The notes below the pieces were generated by a model. That model was not told where the DNA came from and ran no database searches. It saw nothing but the letters and a program-made list of their open reading frames with translations. This document shows, piece by piece, positions 28,547 to 32,661 of a DNA stretch of 32,661 nt. The stretch lies in the NCBI GenBank assembly GCA_040770465.1, contig JAXGJB010000034.1:1-32661 (forward strand), given 5' to 3'. Position 1 is the first letter of the stretch, and each line of letters opens with the position of its first letter. Both the position numbers and the translations under genes were made by a program. The DNA is from Methanothrix sp. (lineage in GTDB: Archaea; Halobacteriota; Methanosarcinia; Methanotrichales; Methanotrichaceae).

Positions 28547-29227
28547 ATGTATAAATACCTCTTAATGGTTTCGGTGGCGCTCCTACTCTTCGTGGGTATT
28601 GGTCTTGCAGAAGATGGAAGCGAAGAGGACACCGTCGCTGTCGTAGAGTTCACTGGGGTTGCGATTGAACTCTTCGTGAACGAAACGCCCGACTCGCCCA
28701 TAATTTGGGCAGTTGGTGTGATCGACGTTAAAGAAGGATCCATTTGTGCAGACGTAGTAAACGTTACCATCTCTCAGCCAACACCAGGGCCGTGGGGTGA
28801 CTACGATGAGGACATCAACGTAGGTGACACAGTAGACGTTTATGGTGCTCACATCGATGACAGCTGCAACGTAACCCTCCAGGGTTCTGAGGAATACTAC
28901 TTTGTTGCGGCAGAGGAGATCGAGTTAGATCCCATTGACGTCGTTGAGGTCAAGTTCACTGGAGTGGCGACGGAACTTAACACAGAAGAGACGCCCGACG
29001 CGTCGACGATCTGGACTGTTGAGGTAGTCGAAGATCAGTTGGGCAACCTTTGTAGCGACGTCATCAAAGTCATCGTCTCCCAGCCGACCTCCGGACCATG
29101 GGGCGAATGTGGGGAGGGCATCGACGTCGGTGACTCGGTAGAGGTTTATGGCCGTTATGTCCCAGATACCTGCAACAAAGTGACCCTCCAGGGGTACGAA
29201 AAATATTACATTGTTGCAATCGAGTAG
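28547..29227 (+). CDS. Secreted acidic protein made of two tandem ~95-aa repeats
   Basis: GGAGGAG SD motif, signal peptide, and two copies of FTGVA-EL...ETPD...IW...C-DV...SQPT-GPWG...I-VGD-V-VYG...C..VTLQG-E-YY. Confidence 0.85.
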   Translation: MYKYLLMVSVALLLFVGIGLAEDGSEEDTVAVVEFTGVAIELFVNETPDSPIIWAVGVIDVKEGSICADVVNVTISQPTPGPWGDYDEDINVGDTVDVYGAHIDDSCNVTLQGSEEYYFVAAEEIELDPIDVVEVKFTGVATELNTEETPDASTIWTVEVVEDQLGNLCSDVIKVIVSQPTSGPWGECGEGIDVGDSVEVYGRYVPDTCNKVTLQGYEKYYIVAIE

Positions 29228-29363
29228 GGTCCCTGCAAAGTAAATCTTTGAAGGAAGGCCATTTACCGTCTTTTTAAGGCGATTATTTGGCCTAACTTTT
29301 TCCTCAAATATAAAATGTTCTCATCACAATCAATATTGCTTATATCAAGCAATATTCTGCGAT

Positions 29364-29380
29364 AGGAAAAAGGTTAAATA
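29364..29380 (+). promoter_or_regulatory. BRE/TATA promoter flanked by palindromes
   Basis: AGGAAAAAGG-TTAAATA; inverted repeats at 29332-29356 and 29390-29422. Confidence 0.5.
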
Positions 29381-29753
29381 CGGGATTTTATAAGGTAGAT
29401 TGTTGATCAACTAATACCTTATTAGCTAGCATAGAACGCTCTGGCCAGATGGGGCGCGGCTATATCAGCTCGATAAGTTTGGTACTGTTGAAGAGTTGGA
29501 CATAAGTTTAGGTTGTATTGCTGAACGCTAAGTAGTAGCGCAGAAAAATCGGGTACTTTGGAGGGGATTATAGGGCAGATCTTATATCAGGTGTTGGGGC
29601 TAGAGCGGCATCAGTCATTGGTATGGTGCAGGATATGAACCACGGTGAGAATTGCCTCAATATAATAAATGTATCGAAATTCATATTGAAGTACTACGAT
29701 TAAACTATTTGTAAAGAGAAGCAATAACTCAAGCTGTATTCGCGGGAGGGAGC

Positions 29754-30116
29754 ATGTACAGCCATATATCGTTGATCAAGTCAGGGCGCGCGAAATTTGC
29801 AGGCAATGACCTTGTCCGTAGGATGGTGAGGCTCAGAGCCGTGCGAGCCGTGGCAATATCGGCCTGTTCGCGAGAGTTGGGCGATCTGGAAGAGTTCGCT
29901 GCTCATTATGTTGATTCTATAAGATCCGGATCTCGTCTGAAATTGGGCTGGTCTGTCGATAGCGGACCATCCCCAGCCTCAGCGATGGCCAGCAACGAGA
30001 TCCATCGTGGGATTATAATCGAGATGGCGGTCGACGCGAACCAGATTAAGGCGGGCGTCGAAGAAGCTCTTTTTGGCATAAAACTGCTTTCTTATGTAGG
30101 AGGTCTCAGCTTATGA
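29754..30116 (+). CDS. Hypothetical protein (120 aa)
   Basis: GGGAGG precedes the ATG, and the stop overlaps the next gene start (ATGA 30113-30116). No recognised motif. Confidence 0.45.
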   Translation: MYSHISLIKSGRAKFAGNDLVRRMVRLRAVRAVAISACSRELGDLEEFAAHYVDSIRSGSRLKLGWSVDSGPSPASAMASNEIHRGIIIEMAVDANQIKAGVEEALFGIKLLSYVGGLSL

Positions 30117-32661
30117 AAGTCGGAGATAGATTGAAACGGAATAGCTTTGGTACTGGCGAATCGGAATTCTGCCCATCCTTAAAGGTGTTGCTACTATTTG
30201 CCTTATTCTCGACTCTGATCTTCATATCTCCGTCTCTAGGAGTTTTGGACCTGAATGTGACCAAAACGGTGGTACCCGAAGACCTCCTCGCCTGCGAAGA
30301 TGCGACGATCTGGATCAACATCTCCGCGACGGGCGAACCGACTGAGACTCTCAAACCGATATGTGGGATGCTCGTCATCGACGTATCGGGGAGCATGGGC
30401 AACGATCCCGACGGTCCTGGTGGCTATACCTCAGTCCTCCAAGCTATTAAGGAAGCAACAACCGGATTCGTGGGCAAAATCAATACATCCAAGGATTGTT
30501 GGGGAGTCGGCACTTATAGTACCAGCGCCTCTGTGCCATGCCCGCTGACCGATGTAAAAGATTGTTCGTGGCCGCAAACTTGTCTAAACCGTACAATTAA
30601 CAACTTAAATGCTAATGGGTGGACCAACATAGATGACGGCATATATCGATCCTGGCAGGAGCTCGGAAATTGCGGTAGTGATCCCGACTGCGAATGCAGA
30701 CTCGAAAATCCGCCTTGTGATACTCGCGTTATGATCGTTTTCACAGACGGCGTGCCGAACCGAGACAGGGCCGGAGATTCTTGCCCTCAATGTCCTACGA
30801 GTTGGACCTCCGCTTGTGTCCAAGCAGCAAATAATACCGCAACCGCGGCAAAGAACGACGGCATAATTATATTCAGTGTAGCTTATTTGGCCGGCATTAC
30901 AGACAATAATGCCTGTCCCACCGGTTCTATAACTCTCGGTCGCGACCTCATGACCCAGATCGCAAGCAAGCCAGAGTACTATTATGAGGCCTCCGACGTC
31001 TCTGAACTTGCGGGAATTTACGATAACATATCCAAGGAGATCAACAATATGGTCGCGGCCAACCTCCTCGTGGTCGACTACGCCTCCCCGGAGATTATAT
31101 TTACCGGTGGGGAAGGACCGCTCACTTTTGGTTGCGATTCCATCAACATCGGAGAGTGGTGGAACATCTCGATCCCCATAACTTCAAACCAGACAGGCAC
31201 CTTTGCCACCAACGACGCCTGTACCCTAAACTTTACGTATTCTAATGGTTCGGTGCAGAACTGGACCGTCCCAAGCCCCACTATATACGTCGAGCTGCCC
31301 GTAACTCTGGACAAGACGGCGCCTTCAGAGGTCATTGTAGGTGAAAATTTCAATTTCACCATCGAGCTGGAGCATATAGGCAGTTTGGATTTATCCAATC
31401 TGACCATCAACGATACACTCTGTGACGACGTCAATTACGTCTCCCATACCTGCACTTATATCGGTAGCGGAAACCCATCCGATTTCGTAGATACTTATGA
31501 TTTTGGAACCAGGACCCTTTGGGTGAACTCGACCGGCCCTTCGTTGAAAGGCGGCGACCGTATCATCTGCAACATAACGGTTTATGTGAACGAGGACGTC
31601 GAAAACGACACCATCAGCAATAATGTGACGGCTTTCTACGATCGATCGCCCTGCTTCATTGCTCAGGCCACAACCGACACCGTAGAACTGAGAGTCAAAA
31701 AACCGGACTTCACCATAGTAAAGACGGCCGAGAACGACCCAGATCCTGCGACCCCTGGAACCCAGATCAACTTCACGATCTGGATCAACAACACCGGCGA
31801 CGTCAACCTGACCAAGAACAGCGTCGAAGACCATCTTGAGGGTATTCCGTATACATTGCCCACGCCGGTAGAAAACGTTTCGGCGAACGGCATTCTGAAC
31901 GTCTCAGAGAGCTGGAAGTACGAGTTCAACATCACCGCGAATATCTCCGACATCTGTGACGGCTGGATCAACAACACAGTCTTGGCCAACTTCAGCTACA
32001 AAACGAAATCCATAGAGAGGAACGATTCGGCGAACGTCTCAGCCAGCTACACGGCAGCCTTCGAGATAAACAAGACCGCCGAGTACGACGGCCAGCCGAA
32101 TCCAGCGATCGCCGGCACGATGGTCAACTACACGATCTGGATCAACAATACGGGCGACGTCAACCTAACCGAGGTCGACGTCACAGATAGCCTTTTCAAT
32201 AGCTATTTGACGCCAACCAATAAGACCGGCGACGATCAAGATTCTGGCGTCCTAAACGTCTTAGAGGAATGGAAATACGAGTTCAACTTCACGATTTCCT
32301 CAAATGATGGACGATGGTACAACAACACCGTCACCGCCAATTTCACTGACCCCTGCACTAACCTCGTGAGTGGGATCGATTGGGCGAACGTACCGACTGT
32401 CTGCTGCATCGGCGGCAACAAGTCGGTTCCTGAAGGCGACTACTCGGCAGGCGACTTCGTTATCGAGATCACTAACGACGATACGAGCGAAACGGTCACT
32501 ACCACAACCGGTTCCGACGGCAGCTGGTCCTACTGCGACCTCGAAGCAGGCAACTACACCATAACTGAAGCCTACAAGTCCGGCTGGGCCGAGAACACCG
32601 AGTTCTACGAGATCTCGATCCCCGACGACTGCGGCAACAGTTCGCTCGACTTCGAGAACGA
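30113..32661 (+). CDS. Large secreted vWA + DUF11-type repeat + Cna-B/SdrD-like surface protein (partial, runs off the window)
   Basis: Manually translated, open for 849 codons from MKVGDRLK. Signal peptide; MIDAS motif DVSGS, GWTN, FTDG; Ig-like repeats (TIWINNTGDVNLT twice); TTTGSDGSWSYCDLEAGNYTITE. Not in the ORF track. Confidence 0.92.
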   Translation, partial: MKVGDRLKRNSFGTGESEFCPSLKVLLLFALFSTLIFISPSLGVLDLNVTKTVVPEDLLACEDATIWINISATGEPTETLKPICGMLVIDVSGSMGNDPDGPGGYTSVLQAIKEATTGFVGKINTSKDCWGVGTYSTSASVPCPLTDVKDCSWPQTCLNRTINNLNANGWTNIDDGIYRSWQELGNCGSDPDCECRLENPPCDTRVMIVFTDGVPNRDRAGDSCPQCPTSWTSACVQAANNTATAAKNDGIIIFSVAYLAGITDNNACPTGSITLGRDLMTQIASKPEYYYEASDVSELAGIYDNISKEINNMVAANLLVVDYASPEIIFTGGEGPLTFGCDSINIGEWWNISIPITSNQTGTFATNDACTLNFTYSNGSVQNWTVPSPTIYVELPVTLDKTAPSEVIVGENFNFTIELEHIGSLDLSNLTINDTLCDDVNYVSHTCTYIGSGNPSDFVDTYDFGTRTLWVNSTGPSLKGGDRIICNITVYVNEDVENDTISNNVTAFYDRSPCFIAQATTDTVELRVKKPDFTIVKTAENDPDPATPGTQINFTIWINNTGDVNLTKNSVEDHLEGIPYTLPTPVENVSANGILNVSESWKYEFNITANISDICDGWINNTVLANFSYKTKSIERNDSANVSASYTAAFEINKTAEYDGQPNPAIAGTMVNYTIWINNTGDVNLTEVDVTDSLFNSYLTPTNKTGDDQDSGVLNVLEEWKYEFNFTISSNDGRWYNNTVTANFTDPCTNLVSGIDWANVPTVCCIGGNKSVPEGDYSAGDFVIEITNDDTSETVTTTTGSDGSWSYCDLEAGNYTITEAYKSGWAENTEFYEISIPDDCGNSSLDFEN

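Overview
High-GC methanogenic archaeal chromosome segment. The cfbB/cfbC genes, methanogen-type SerRS, a DUF1608-type S-layer protein and DUF11 surface proteins suggest a Methanothrix/Methanosarcinales-like host. Core genes: an FMN-binding protein, cfbB-cfbC (coenzyme F430 synthesis), an S-layer-type protein, a PflX-like radical SAM enzyme, alkaline phosphatase, the rps15-DHH-pcc1-serS operon, DUF116, UPF0182 and a ferredoxin. Accessory DNA is interleaved: a low-GC membrane metallophosphoesterase, a Type IIG/ISP-like restriction-modification gene with a low-GC specificity segment, a decayed DUF2281 antitoxin, an IS481-like remnant, and a cluster of surface-protein genes. That cluster includes a vWA+DUF11 adhesin of at least 849 codons that the ORF track misses because it runs off the window. 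The most striking signal is that the 3' end of the radical SAM gene (13788-13832) recurs twice downstream as diverged direct repeats (11868-11901 and 8038-8082). These copies divide the accessory region into stacked cassettes with no integrase in view, suggesting repeated integration into this gene end. No tRNA, rRNA or CRISPR array was recognised. All family assignments come from motifs read by eye, not from database searches.
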